This document shows positions 7,901 to 17,583 of a stretch of DNA of 32,000 bases, piece by piece. Within the stretch, counting starts at the first letter, position 1, and the number at the start of each line of letters is the position of its first letter. The notes beneath the pieces are model-generated. The model saw only the letters and a program-made list of their open reading frames with translations, was not told where the DNA came from and did no database searches. The stretch is from Promethearchaeum syntrophicum (GTDB lineage: Archaea; Asgardarchaeota; Lokiarchaeia; Sigyniarchaeales; Promethearchaeaceae): contig NZ_CP042905.2 of NCBI RefSeq assembly GCF_008000775.2, positions 450,001 through 482,000 of the forward strand, read 5' to 3'. The position numbers were made by a program, and so were the translations under genes.

Positions 7901-9046
7901 TTGGTAGAAGAATACGACTTCCTTGCTGCAAAACCCCTCGTTGTTGATAACGGTACTGGTATCTCAAAAAACGGGTTTGCAGGTGAAGACCAACCTCGAT
8001 CTGTCTTTCCAACGCTTATTGGATATCCTAAATATACGTCTATCATGACTGACGTTGAACATTATACTCGTGAATATTATATCGGAGAAGAAGCCTTACA
8101 ACTTAAAGGTGTCTTAAAACTTATGTTTCCGGTTGAACACGGTGTAATTGAAGATTGGATGGCTATGGAAAAGATTTGGCATTACACATTCTATACAGAC
8201 CTCCGTGTTGATCCTTCAGAACACCCTGTGCTTTTAACTGAAGCCCCATTAAACCCACGACCAAACCGGGAAAAAATGGCAGAAATTATGTTTGAAACCT
8301 TTAATGTGCCTGCTCTCTACGTTGCAATGCAAGCAGTATTATCTTTATATGCATCCGGTCGAACTACTGGTTGTGTTATTGATATCGGTGATGGTGTTTC
8401 TCACGTTGTCCCGATTTATGAAGGTTTCGCTTTATCACATGCTATCTCAAGACTTGATCTTGCAGGCCGTGATATTACAACATACCTACAAAGACTCCTG
8501 CGCCAAAAAGGATTCTCCTTTACAACCTCCGCAGAAAAAGAAATTGTCCGAGACATCAAAGAAAAATTATGCTACATCGCTCTTGACCCTGAAAAAGAAA
8601 TTATGTTGTCAAAGAAAGTAGCTGGAATGGAAAAAGTTTACATGCTTCCAGATGGTGAGACCATTACTGTTTCCGTTGAACGATTTTTGGCCCCAGAATG
8701 CTTCTTCAACCCTAGTGTCATTGGAAAAGAGTTGGAACCTTTGGATGATGTTATCTGTAGTGCAATCAAACAGTGCGATGTCGACTTAAGACGTGATCTT
8801 TACGGCAATATAGTCCTTTCCGGTGGGTCAACCATGTATCCTGGCCTCAAAGAAAGACTTACAAAAGAAATCAAGGAACAAATCCCAGAATCAGTTGATG
8901 TAAAAATTATTGCTCCTCCGGAACGTATGTATTCTGTCTGGATTGGTGGATCTATCTTGTCATCGTTGAAAACCTTCCAGAGAATGTGGGTTACGCGAAG
9001 AGAATATAAGGAAATTGGCCCTAGCATCATTCACAGATGTTTCTAA
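7901..9046 (+). CDS. actin (eukaryote-like; lokiactin-type)
   Basis: 381 aa with long blocks identical or near-identical to eukaryotic actin: [126 protein letters not shown]. The start is TTG, preceded by GGTGA with a 6-nt spacer. Confidence 0.95.
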   Translation: MVEEYDFLAAKPLVVDNGTGISKNGFAGEDQPRSVFPTLIGYPKYTSIMTDVEHYTREYYIGEEALQLKGVLKLMFPVEHGVIEDWMAMEKIWHYTFYTDLRVDPSEHPVLLTEAPLNPRPNREKMAEIMFETFNVPALYVAMQAVLSLYASGRTTGCVIDIGDGVSHVVPIYEGFALSHAISRLDLAGRDITTYLQRLLRQKGFSFTTSAEKEIVRDIKEKLCYIALDPEKEIMLSKKVAGMEKVYMLPDGETITVSVERFLAPECFFNPSVIGKELEPLDDVICSAIKQCDVDLRRDLYGNIVLSGGSTMYPGLKERLTKEIKEQIPESVDVKIIAPPERMYSVWIGGSILSSLKTFQRMWVTRREYKEIGPSIIHRCF

Positions 9047-9083
9047 ATTTTTTTTACTTTATTTCTTTCTATTTTTTTATTTA
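9047..9083 (+). terminator. T-tract terminator candidate downstream of actin
   Basis: T8 (9048-9055) and T7 (9073-9079) runs lie directly after the actin TAA. Archaeal termination commonly uses oligo-T tracts. This is positional inference only. Confidence 0.35.
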
Positions 9084-9180
9084 GTTGTCTAAACCTGTTA
9101 AATTTCATTCAGTTTTGGGAATAATAAGATTTAAAACCGCCAATGAAGAATTATTATTACCAACAAAAAGGTGAAAAAAA

Positions 9181-9486
9181 ATGGCAAAAAACACTGGTGT
9201 AGTACTTGGAAGTGGTGTTATATTGATTATTATGAGTATTGTGTTTAGAACTCCCGGTGCAATAGCGGGTGTAGTTTTTTATTGGGTATTTTATTTCTGC
9301 TGTATGGCAATAAAAGGAGACTCTAGCGATAATTCAGGGAAATTTAGAAGTAATTCAGGGGCTAAATATATTGATATAAATAGAAAAGATGCTGTACGTA
9401 TTATTTGTCCTAGGTGCCAACTGGAATCATTATATAAAATTGAGGAATCTAAGATATGTAGAAAATGTGGTCAAAATTTAGAATGA
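9181..9486 (+). CDS. small membrane protein with C-terminal zinc ribbon
   Basis: 101 aa. There are two hydrophobic segments (GVVLGSGVILIIMSIVF, GVVFYWVFYFCCMAI), then CPRC...CRKC. AGGTGA lies upstream of the ATG. Confidence 0.55.
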   Translation: MAKNTGVVLGSGVILIIMSIVFRTPGAIAGVVFYWVFYFCCMAIKGDSSDNSGKFRSNSGAKYIDINRKDAVRIICPRCQLESLYKIEESKICRKCGQNLE

Positions 9487-9629
9487 AAAAGCCAAAACAG
9501 GTTTTAAAGCTCTTTTTTATATAAAAAAATAGTAGGAAAAAATTTTGAATAATTTATACATAGTTGCTTTTAAATTTCTTGTACGTTCTTTCTTTTTTCT
9601 TTCATTCCATTTCATTTTTCACTTAAATT

Positions 9630-10571
9630 TTATTTTTGAAAAACATTTGACTGTTTATTTTTATCTAAACCTGTGAATTTTTGAGATATCAAGTAGTGTG
9701 CCAATTTAGTATATAAAACCAAACCAATAAAAGCAAGTAAGAATAGCAGTATTAAAAAATAATTTTGATATTCGGAAAAGAAATTACTATTACTAATTTT
9801 TTCAGAATCTTCATTTAGAATACCAACAAGTGGTTTTATGACCGGTTCGATGGCATCTACCCATTCAGAATACATTTTTCCAGAAGGGTGAAGGCTGTCA
9901 TAGGTCAATAATGAAAGATTGTCAGATGCACGACGAGAAATTGAAGTTATATTTATATAATGCACATTTGCGTTGATAGATTCATCATAATTTATTAAAT
10001 TGAATAAATCTATTTCTTTTTTTATCACATCCTTTTGAATATCATCATTAATAAATGGAGTCACTCCATAATCGGGGATTGATACAACAAATACATGATT
10101 TGGATTATTTCCAGCGTATCTGATGGATAAATTAAGTAGATATTTAAAATTTGTTCTGTAATCTTCAGATGAAATGCCTTTATATTGATCATTAACTCCA
10201 ATTAATAAAGAAACCAAATTATAGGGAATATTACTCGGTTCTCGAAATAAAGCGGTCGACAGATCTGCAGTTGTCCAACCGGTTTGAGCAATAAATTCAA
10301 CAGGTCCTACATTATATCCTGAATTTTGTAAACGAGTTGATAACTGGACTGGCCATCTCTCATTGTAGGCAACAGATTGACCAATGGTATAGGAATCACC
10401 CAGAGCAAGAAAAGACACATTAGATGTTGAATATGATGATTTGGGATAAAATATATTGCTTTTTAGAGAAATTTGTTTATAATTTAAGTTATTTGTTAAT
10501 AGAGAAGATACTAAAAAATTTAAAAAGATGAAATACATTATTAAATTTGCAAATTTCTTTGTTCTATTCAT
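9630..10571 (-). CDS. SGNH/GDSL-family hydrolase (esterase/lipase), secreted and membrane-anchored
   Basis: Block I FLALGDSYTIGQS, block III LIGVNDQ and block V DSLHPS (DxxH) are present. There is an N-terminal signal/TM segment and a C-terminal TM segment (FLILLFLLAFIGLVLY). Confidence 0.8.
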   Translation of the reverse strand: MNRTKKFANLIMYFIFLNFLVSSLLTNNLNYKQISLKSNIFYPKSSYSTSNVSFLALGDSYTIGQSVAYNERWPVQLSTRLQNSGYNVGPVEFIAQTGWTTADLSTALFREPSNIPYNLVSLLIGVNDQYKGISSEDYRTNFKYLLNLSIRYAGNNPNHVFVVSIPDYGVTPFINDDIQKDVIKKEIDLFNLINYDESINANVHYINITSISRRASDNLSLLTYDSLHPSGKMYSEWVDAIEPVIKPLVGILNEDSEKISNSNFFSEYQNYFLILLFLLAFIGLVLYTKLAHYLISQKFTGLDKNKQSNVFQK

Positions 10572-10940
10572 TTTATTTTCTATCCTAATGAGGTGGAAAT
10601 TCTCTGCACATACTTTGCCATTTGTGTATGATCTAATAGTCGGGATATAGATTGCTTTAAATTAAAGCACGCTAGAGATATTTCAATATTGCCAATTTTA
10701 CTTAGAAAATCTATAAAAATTCAACTATTTTAATGGTCTTGTGTAGCAGTATAGGAAGAATTAACCAAATAATTAAGAATTATTCGAAAATCTTAATTCA
10801 AACTTAAACAACAAAGGGGCTATCTTCAAATTTTTTCCGCATTATCTAATTTAACTAAAACAATTTTTTTTTATCCATGTTTATATTCATTTTAAGAATT
10901 TCTACTGAAAATTTAAAAATATCCTAAAGAAATGTAGATC

Positions 10941-11486
10941 GTGGAAAATTTTATTAAATATCTTTTTCAACAACGACCTGAGGTATCGAATGAATTTAAA
11001 GGAGTTTCAGAATTAGAAATTCAAAAATTAGAATCATTGATTGGTCCCGCTCAAATGCCAGATGTCTACCGAACTTTTCTGAAATATATGGGAAAAAATA
11101 CTGGAAGGATCAAAGGTATAAGGAATATAACGGTGTACAGATCTCCCGGTGATCAGTACATTGATCAATCCGAAATATTAATAGATTATTGGAGCGTTTT
11201 CAGATTTTACAAAAAAAACCAAGAATATATTCAGCGCTATCTACCAAGAATAATTAAAGACTATAAAAAAAACCCAAACCAATATTTTCTATTCGGAATC
11301 GACACATCGGGTCCAGATTATGGAAATTTTTATTTGGATCTAACTAAACCAAATTTTCCTGTTGTTGAAATTTCAGAAACGCTTGAATTTAGGCTTCGTG
11401 CTGATTCATATTTAGAATTTCTCTTTATGGTTCCATTTCGAAGGGAACTGTCAATTTTCATTCATAATCAGACTTGGATACAGTAA
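10941..11486 (+). CDS. SMI1/KNR4 (SUKH-1) family protein
   Basis: 181 aa with a GTG start. VSELEIQKLESLIGPAQMPDVYRTFLKYMG is the typical SUKH N-terminal pattern (ie..E..lg..lP.dy..fl...nG). Confidence 0.6.
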   Translation: MENFIKYLFQQRPEVSNEFKGVSELEIQKLESLIGPAQMPDVYRTFLKYMGKNTGRIKGIRNITVYRSPGDQYIDQSEILIDYWSVFRFYKKNQEYIQRYLPRIIKDYKKNPNQYFLFGIDTSGPDYGNFYLDLTKPNFPVVEISETLEFRLRADSYLEFLFMVPFRRELSIFIHNQTWIQ

Positions 11487-11547
11487 ATAGATATTTAGCT
11501 TTTTTTTTGGCTTTTATTCTTATAGTTCTCAGACTAAGAGCGCTCGT

Positions 11548-12951
11548 TTAATCAAAAAGTGAAACAAGCTCCAAGAATAAAACTTGGAGATTTGGAAATT
11601 CTTTTTTAATGTAAATGCTACGACGGGCTAATGCAATGGACACAGCTTTATTAAATGCAGCTTTTGAAGATAATAAGCCGATTTCAATATATTTTTTCCG
11701 AAATAATATTTTTGCCTTAGGATCTTTATGTAAAAGTTCAATTTCTTCAGTTAATTTCTCTAGAACCTTAAAAATCTCTTTATCTTTCCGCTCAGGTTCA
11801 TAAGTTTTTTCCATAAATTGCTTTAGTCGGTGAAGGAGAATAGTATAAAATTCAAAATAGGTAGTGATATCATCGAAATAAATCCGAAATTGAGATCTTT
11901 TGAATAATGTATATACCATTTGCCAATAAAAGGGATATTCTAAAGCGGATGGATATAAAACTTGATTTATTTTCAGAGCCAGGAGGCTGTTTTTTTCACG
12001 TTCAGACATTAAACCTTTCCGTAATTTTAAAACCTCTTCTCTTAGTAAGGGGGGTTCATTAAGCGGATCTAATTCCTGCATATTAATAGGAGGATAAAAT
12101 TTTACCAAAGAACGAGACATATCTTTTTGAGGAAAAGAATTACTTGGTATCACGGGAATTCCATATTTATTATGAAAATATGCTAATAATTGTGGAAATG
12201 GAATGAGAAAATCATATTTTTTTTTACCAAAGATAAACGGAACACGATTTTGATGTTTATTAAAGTAATCATGCATTACGAAGACGACTCGATTTTGTTT
12301 CAAATGTTTTTCAATTTCCTTTTCTAGATCGGAAAACTTCCCAGTTACAATGGCAAAGACATTATCCCACATTTTTAAAAATTGACGAAGGAGAAATTCA
12401 TTTTCGGGAGAAACAATACCTACAACTTCTACTTTTTGGGTTTTATTATCGATTGTAACCGTTTTTCTCAGTAAAGCAGAAGTAGGATGATATAATTCCC
12501 CTAAATGTATAATAGGGACTAACACACCTTTCTTTTTTTGTAAAGCGGCTTCAATATGCTCAAAACCTTCCATTTTAATGAAACGTGAGATATTTTTGGG
12601 GGAATGGTTTGGCATGAAAAATGTGATTTCAAAAAAGAACTCAAAGATATAGGAAATGATTTGTAACGCCCACCTTTTAAGGTTAATATTATGTTTTTCT
12701 AAAAAACTTGGAGGATACAGAAATTTCCAGGCATTTTCTAATGTAGGAAAACCTTTTTTAACAATTAAAGGGCCAAAAATAATAGTTAAGAATCGAAATC
12801 GCAAAAAACTTTTCCGTTCAAAGAATTTATGTCGTCCTGTTGATTGAATGAAATGAGTTATCCTAAAAAAGATATTATAATCAAAGAAATTTTTATGGAT
12901 TTTCATGGAAGTGTTCTTATCTAATCTTCTATCTCGATTTGTTACCGCCAA
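11548..12951 (-). CDS. hypothetical protein; possible LpxL/HtrB-like (LPLAT superfamily) acyltransferase
   Basis: 467 aa. KKKGVLVPIIHLGELYH aligns by eye with the (G)vIlltpHfGNWE block of lipid-A-type lysophospholipid acyltransferases, but the acidic residue of HX4D/E is not in register. The track start is TTG at 12951; an ATG at 12906 (MKIHKNFF) is an alternative start. Confidence 0.35.
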   Translation of the reverse strand: MAVTNRDRRLDKNTSMKIHKNFFDYNIFFRITHFIQSTGRHKFFERKSFLRFRFLTIIFGPLIVKKGFPTLENAWKFLYPPSFLEKHNINLKRWALQIISYIFEFFFEITFFMPNHSPKNISRFIKMEGFEHIEAALQKKKGVLVPIIHLGELYHPTSALLRKTVTIDNKTQKVEVVGIVSPENEFLLRQFLKMWDNVFAIVTGKFSDLEKEIEKHLKQNRVVFVMHDYFNKHQNRVPFIFGKKKYDFLIPFPQLLAYFHNKYGIPVIPSNSFPQKDMSRSLVKFYPPINMQELDPLNEPPLLREEVLKLRKGLMSEREKNSLLALKINQVLYPSALEYPFYWQMVYTLFKRSQFRIYFDDITTYFEFYTILLHRLKQFMEKTYEPERKDKEIFKVLEKLTEEIELLHKDPKAKILFRKKYIEIGLLSSKAAFNKAVSIALARRSIYIKKEFPNLQVLFLELVSLFD

Positions 12952-13243
12952 TTTATTCTTCTCAATAAGATATAATTTTTTATAATTGATAAATCTACAT
13001 AGTTAATTATTTCTGAAACGAAAAAAAGGTTTTGAAAAAGTGGATATATAAATACAGATAGCAAATTCTCATTCGAAAAAGATCTTCCATATGTTGTGCC
13101 AACGATGATGAAATTATAGTAGTTTAAAAAATGAGTTAGATGGATAAAAGGGTAGCAAATTTTTCTGGTATAAAGTGATTTTATTTTTAAATGTAAATTT
13201 CGAATTGCCAAAAAATTTATGATGGTTTTCATTTTTTACTTCC

Positions 13244-14599
13244 ATGAGTTTACTCTCCCAAATTGTTGTTGGTATATGTTTTATTATTTTAATTGTAATT
13301 CTTTTCTTTGATAGCAATGATTATCTCACATATTCGGTTCTATTAATGCTTATCGCAGCAGTAATTAGTGCTATTGATATTCCAGAAGCGCGAAATCTTG
13401 AAACTTATATCAAAGCAATTGAATGGGAAGTAATTATTTTCCTTATTGCGATGTTTACTATAGTAGAAATCCTAATTGAAGCTCGAATATTCCATAAAAT
13501 CGCAAAAAGTATTGTAAACAGATACAAAAACAATATTAGGAAGATGTTCTATGTAATTTGCATCGTATCAACCTTATTGGCTTCCATTTTGGAGGATTTA
13601 AGCGTTGCAATTATTTTTATACCGATTATTGTTCTCGCATGTAGCGAGATAAAGATTAATCCTTCTCCTTTTCTTTTAGGAATGACTATTTGTATAAATC
13701 TTGCATCTACATTAACCCCCTTTGGATCTGCTGAAAATATCATGATTGCTAATTATTTTGATTTATCATTTACATTTTTTCTACTTAATTTTGGTCCTTT
13801 TTTTGTTGTTTCAACTTTACTTACACTTGTATTGTTGGATTATTGTGTACTTTCAAAAGAAATTAAAAAGGAGTGGCATTCTGCATGTGAATCGGAAGCT
13901 GTATCGAATTCTGATGAAATCAGGAATGAAAAAGAAATGCTGAAAGATATTCAATTAGATAAAACAACTTTAATTAAGAATTTTGTGGCTTTAGGGATTT
14001 TTGTTCTACTCCTTATTTTTATTGATGAAATTCATGTAGCGGGTCTTATTGGTCTTCTAGTTTTTGTTTTTGTAAATCCTAAAACAGGTGAATCAAAAAA
14101 GAAGCAACCACGATTATCTTATTTTTTGAGTAAAGTGGATTATAAATTAATTTATTTCTTTATGTGCTTGTTTATTATGGTAGAACTCATGGTCTTAAAT
14201 GGAACAGTAGAAATATTAGAAGAAATGATTGAGAATCTTTCCTTTAATAACATTTTTCTTCTGTCTGTGTTTATTTTAATTATTACTTCTTTGTTATCAG
14301 GATTCTTGGATAATGCACCAGTCACAATAATTTTTCTACCCGTTATTAATATTCTTAAAGACACCGGATTATTTGAATTTCTTCCATTGTTAATTGCATT
14401 CGTATTAGGTGTCAATTTGGGGGGAAATTTTCTACCCCAAGGAAGCGCGGCTGATATGATGACATTAGAACTTTCTAAAAAATATTGTGTAGAAGATTTA
14501 ACTTATAAAAAACTGACTAAAGTTGGGGGATTATTTGCATTGATACATATACTCCTTGGAATTATATATCTTGCAATAATTGTATTTCTAATTCTATAA
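13244..14599 (+). CDS. ArsB/NhaD/CitMHS-type anion permease
   Basis: 451-aa polytopic membrane protein in two halves separated by a hydrophilic loop. The re-entrant-type motifs PFGSAENIMIANY and LPQGSAADMM are typical of the ion transporter superfamily. Confidence 0.7.
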   Translation: MSLLSQIVVGICFIILIVILFFDSNDYLTYSVLLMLIAAVISAIDIPEARNLETYIKAIEWEVIIFLIAMFTIVEILIEARIFHKIAKSIVNRYKNNIRKMFYVICIVSTLLASILEDLSVAIIFIPIIVLACSEIKINPSPFLLGMTICINLASTLTPFGSAENIMIANYFDLSFTFFLLNFGPFFVVSTLLTLVLLDYCVLSKEIKKEWHSACESEAVSNSDEIRNEKEMLKDIQLDKTTLIKNFVALGIFVLLLIFIDEIHVAGLIGLLVFVFVNPKTGESKKKQPRLSYFLSKVDYKLIYFFMCLFIMVELMVLNGTVEILEEMIENLSFNNIFLLSVFILIITSLLSGFLDNAPVTIIFLPVINILKDTGLFEFLPLLIAFVLGVNLGGNFLPQGSAADMMTLELSKKYCVEDLTYKKLTKVGGLFALIHILLGIIYLAIIVFLIL

Positions 14600-14641
14600 A
14601 TTTACTCGCAAAATGAAATTTAAAATGAACAAAAACTTTTT

Positions 14642-15682
14642 TTATTCAATATTATATGGCGATTCTCTCATATGTTGTGAATATTTCCATAAAGAATAAA
14701 TCTGCTCAACATTCTTTTCTCCATATTCCTGACAAAGAATGCTTTTATCGATATTATTTTCCATCCCGTATAGTATTTGGTCTGTTAATTTAAAACTATT
14801 AAGCATCTCTCCTTTATTATCAACGGTTGGCATAATGTCAGGGTCTGCAGCCTTTTTTCTAATATAATCAGGAATTTGAATATATTCTGCAATTTGCTCA
14901 AGTTGAGTTCGGTATAAATGCATTATTGGCATGATATCTGCGCAATGATCTACACCCCATTTAGAGAATGTTCCTGTTAACCACTCTGTGCGATTTGCTG
15001 CTCCGACTACCAAAAGATTCCGCACTTCTGCATATTGATAGAGAACCACCATTCTTATTCTGTGTTTGGCAATTGCGTATGCATTTCCTTTAGCGAGCCA
15101 AGAATTAGCTTTCGGTTTCAGACGTTTAATTAGAACACTTTCACCATTTTTAGGGATGAATTGTTTTCTTCCAAGTTCGACCACCCATGTTCTTAATTTT
15201 CGACCTGGAATAAATCTTAATGGGAGTAATCTATAAGTTTTAGTAGATCTTAATATAGAATTAATAGGTTTAACATTTAATTGGATTCCCAGATGTTTTG
15301 CAAATTGCTTAGCATGAATTCGATGAATTTTTTTGCTGTCTTTTTCTGGTAAGTTAATTAAATGTACTTTATTTGCTCCAAGACTACGAACTGTAAGTTT
15401 TGCAGCAATTGCAGAATCTAAACCTCCACTTAATCCAATTACTGCACCATCTCGATGTAAATTTTTCAAAGTAGTACGAATTTTAGCTTCTATAGTTTTG
15501 CATAATTCTGGTAGATCTAATTTTCGTATTTGAGAAATATCATCCATGATTAAAAATGAAAACAATTCAATTATAATATTGTTTCTATCAAAATTAATCT
15601 CCCTTGCATTATTACTCAGATCAAAAATAAAATTTTCTTTTGTGTTACCATGCACCTGAAAAAATTGATTGATTTGAAGCAT
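14642..15682 (-). CDS. nadE: NAD+ synthetase (PP-loop ATP pyrophosphatase)
   Basis: The GLSGGLDSAIAA PP-loop (SGGxDS) sits in an NadE-like context (…VVGAANRTEWLTGTFSKWGVDHCADIMPI…). It carries about 80 aa of extra N-terminal sequence relative to minimal NadE. Confidence 0.75.
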   Translation of the reverse strand: MLQINQFFQVHGNTKENFIFDLSNNAREINFDRNNIIIELFSFLIMDDISQIRKLDLPELCKTIEAKIRTTLKNLHRDGAVIGLSGGLDSAIAAKLTVRSLGANKVHLINLPEKDSKKIHRIHAKQFAKHLGIQLNVKPINSILRSTKTYRLLPLRFIPGRKLRTWVVELGRKQFIPKNGESVLIKRLKPKANSWLAKGNAYAIAKHRIRMVVLYQYAEVRNLLVVGAANRTEWLTGTFSKWGVDHCADIMPIMHLYRTQLEQIAEYIQIPDYIRKKAADPDIMPTVDNKGEMLNSFKLTDQILYGMENNIDKSILCQEYGEKNVEQIYSLWKYSQHMRESPYNIE

Positions 15683-15786
15683 TCTAATGATAAATTTCTC
15701 ACAAATCGATATTTTATCATTATTTATAGGAATGAAATAATAAATTTTTTTTAAATTAGCAATATAATTGAAATCAAGATTAGATT

Positions 15787-16617
15787 ATGAATATTTGGAA
15801 GAAAATTGAGAAAAAAGTAAGTTTCCATGCTGTGTATGAAAAATCTATAATTGAAGCTTTGAATTATGCAAAAAATAATAATTTTACAGGTATCCAACTA
15901 GCTGTTGAATCACCTCATTTCTCATTTGAACATTTATCTCATGAGAAACGTGTAGATATTAAGAATTTTTGTATTAATAATGGGTTATATATTAATATTC
16001 ATGCACCAGATGGTATTTCACTATTTAATACAAATCACCAACTTCAAAACGGTATTTTTGAGTATTTTAAGGAACTTTTTAAATTCGCTAAAGATATTTC
16101 TTCTCAATTGGTAACAATTCACCTAGGGACGATGACTGATTTTCCCACGGATTCATTACCAGAACTGAAATATCCTGAAGAAGATATTAAGTTATATAGA
16201 AATTCTTTAAAAGAAAACTTAAACCGCCTTATTTCCTTAATTGATGGGCAATTTATTTTAAGTATTGAGAATTATCGGGTAGATTCATTTACACTCGATG
16301 TGTTACAATCTTTTATCAAGAATAAGAAATGTTGGTTATGCTATGATGTAGCAAAAGCGCATTATGATAAGCATCATAATAACTTTGAAGTGTACCAATT
16401 CTTCCAAGATAACCAAAAATCAATAAAACAAGTACATCTCCATGATGTGAATGAAAATGGTAGAGCGCATCGTGTAATTGGTTCTGGTATTATTGATTTT
16501 AATGAAATGATGATTAAAATAAAGGAATCTCCTGTAATTGATTATTGTATCGAAGTTAGGCCTCATAGTAAAGCCCTGGAAAGCTTAAGAAATTTAAAAC
16601 AGATTTTGAATAGTTAA
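15787..16617 (+). CDS. sugar phosphate isomerase/epimerase (xylose-isomerase-like TIM barrel)
   Basis: 276 aa. It shows the alternating beta/alpha pattern with conserved His/Asp/Glu positions (INIHAPD, VTIHLG, SIENY, VHLHD) typical of the AP-endonuclease-2/xylose-isomerase-like TIM family. Confidence 0.6.
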   Translation: MNIWKKIEKKVSFHAVYEKSIIEALNYAKNNNFTGIQLAVESPHFSFEHLSHEKRVDIKNFCINNGLYINIHAPDGISLFNTNHQLQNGIFEYFKELFKFAKDISSQLVTIHLGTMTDFPTDSLPELKYPEEDIKLYRNSLKENLNRLISLIDGQFILSIENYRVDSFTLDVLQSFIKNKKCWLCYDVAKAHYDKHHNNFEVYQFFQDNQKSIKQVHLHDVNENGRAHRVIGSGIIDFNEMMIKIKESPVIDYCIEVRPHSKALESLRNLKQILNS

Positions 16618-16680
16618 GTCTAACTTTTCCAGAATTAAATGAATGAATCTTTTTAAAGAAAATGCTCCTCACTTGATCGA

Positions 16681-17583
16681 TTGATTGTGGGTACAAGAAT
16701 AATTCCTTATAATAATGGAGAAATCCTTGAATGGCGTTGGTGGGCTGAGAGTAAATTAATTTCATTTCAATTATTTGCTTCATGTTTTCTCATAGATGGT
16801 TTATTAATTGATTCTAATGCGCCCGGAAGTGAAATGGATCTTCAAAAATATGTAAAAAAACTTGGAGGTAAAAATCACATTAGCTCTTGTTTCTTAACCC
16901 ATTTTCATGAAGATCATGCTGGAGGTTCTCCAATGCTTAAAAAAGAGTTTGATATTCCAATATATGCTTCTCCACTTACAGTTCCATATTTGAGTAAAGG
17001 ATATAAATATCGATTTTATAGAAAAACTTACTGGGGAAGACATGGCCAGAAACCAATAGATGTTGAACCTGTAGATGGACCAATAATAACAAAATCAGGT
17101 AAATATTCATTTGAATTATTTCCTATGCCTGGTCACTCACCAGATTTAACGGCAATAATCGATAAAAAAAATCAGATAGCATTTGTTGGGGATGCAATTA
17201 TGCATAAGTATGGATATACTTTTGGAGGATCTTCTCCTGATCTTTATGAGGATATCTCACAAATTTATAATTCTCAGAAATCTCTCTATAAAATAACCGA
17301 TGGAATGGATGATCTTAAAATATATGTTGCTCATGTTGGAGAGGTTAATCGGGATTTCATTGCAGAGAAAATTAAAGAAATTGAAAACCTACACAAAAAT
17401 GCTCATAAATTCCAGAAAGAGCTAATTAATAATGGATATAAAAAACAGAGTAAAATTTTAAAGGAGATCGTAAAAAAAATGTGGAGAAAAGGAGAATTAC
17501 TGCAATTTAAAATATTATCTATGGGAGAAATATCACGTACGAATTTAGTAGCTACTTTACTTAAATGGCCACTTGATAATTAA
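16681..17583 (+). CDS. MBL-fold metallo-hydrolase
   Basis: THFHEDHAGG (HxHxDH), later MPGHSPD and VGDAI. The start is uncertain (TTG 16681 or GTG 16687). Confidence 0.8.
   Translation: MIVGTRIIPYNNGEILEWRWWAESKLISFQLFASCFLIDGLLIDSNAPGSEMDLQKYVKKLGGKNHISSCFLTHFHEDHAGGSPMLKKEFDIPIYASPLTVPYLSKGYKYRFYRKTYWGRHGQKPIDVEPVDGPIITKSGKYSFELFPMPGHSPDLTAIIDKKNQIAFVGDAIMHKYGYTFGGSSPDLYEDISQIYNSQKSLYKITDGMDDLKIYVAHVGEVNRDFIAEKIKEIENLHKNAHKFQKELINNGYKKQSKILKEIVKKMWRKGELLQFKILSMGEISRTNLVATLLKWPLDN

Noticed and set aside
9086-9674. The 11-mer TCTAAACCTGT occurs twice (about 9088 and about 9664), with its reverse complement core AACAGGTTT at about 9494. It could have been a repeat element flanking the small zinc-ribbon gene.
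   Set aside because: Exact 11-mer repeats are expected many times by chance in 32 kb, and more often in AT-rich DNA. One copy lies inside the SGNH hydrolase coding region, and the similarity does not extend further.
12942-13317. Track ORFs 12942-13232(-) and 13114-13317(-) in the spacer between the acyltransferase-like gene and the permease. I also noted an AUGAUGA C-box-like string at 13105-13111.
   Set aside because: Both are low-complexity translations that overlap each other and the permease start, in what looks like a divergent promoter region. For a C/D-box sRNA I could not find a downstream CUGA D box at the right distance or a terminal stem.
17580-17583. Convergent genes share the stop tetranucleotide TTAA (the TAA of the MBL gene and the TAA of the giant ORF on the opposite strand).
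   Set aside because: This is a real 4-nt overlap, but it is a common consequence of compact AT-rich genomes and is not evidence of regulation.
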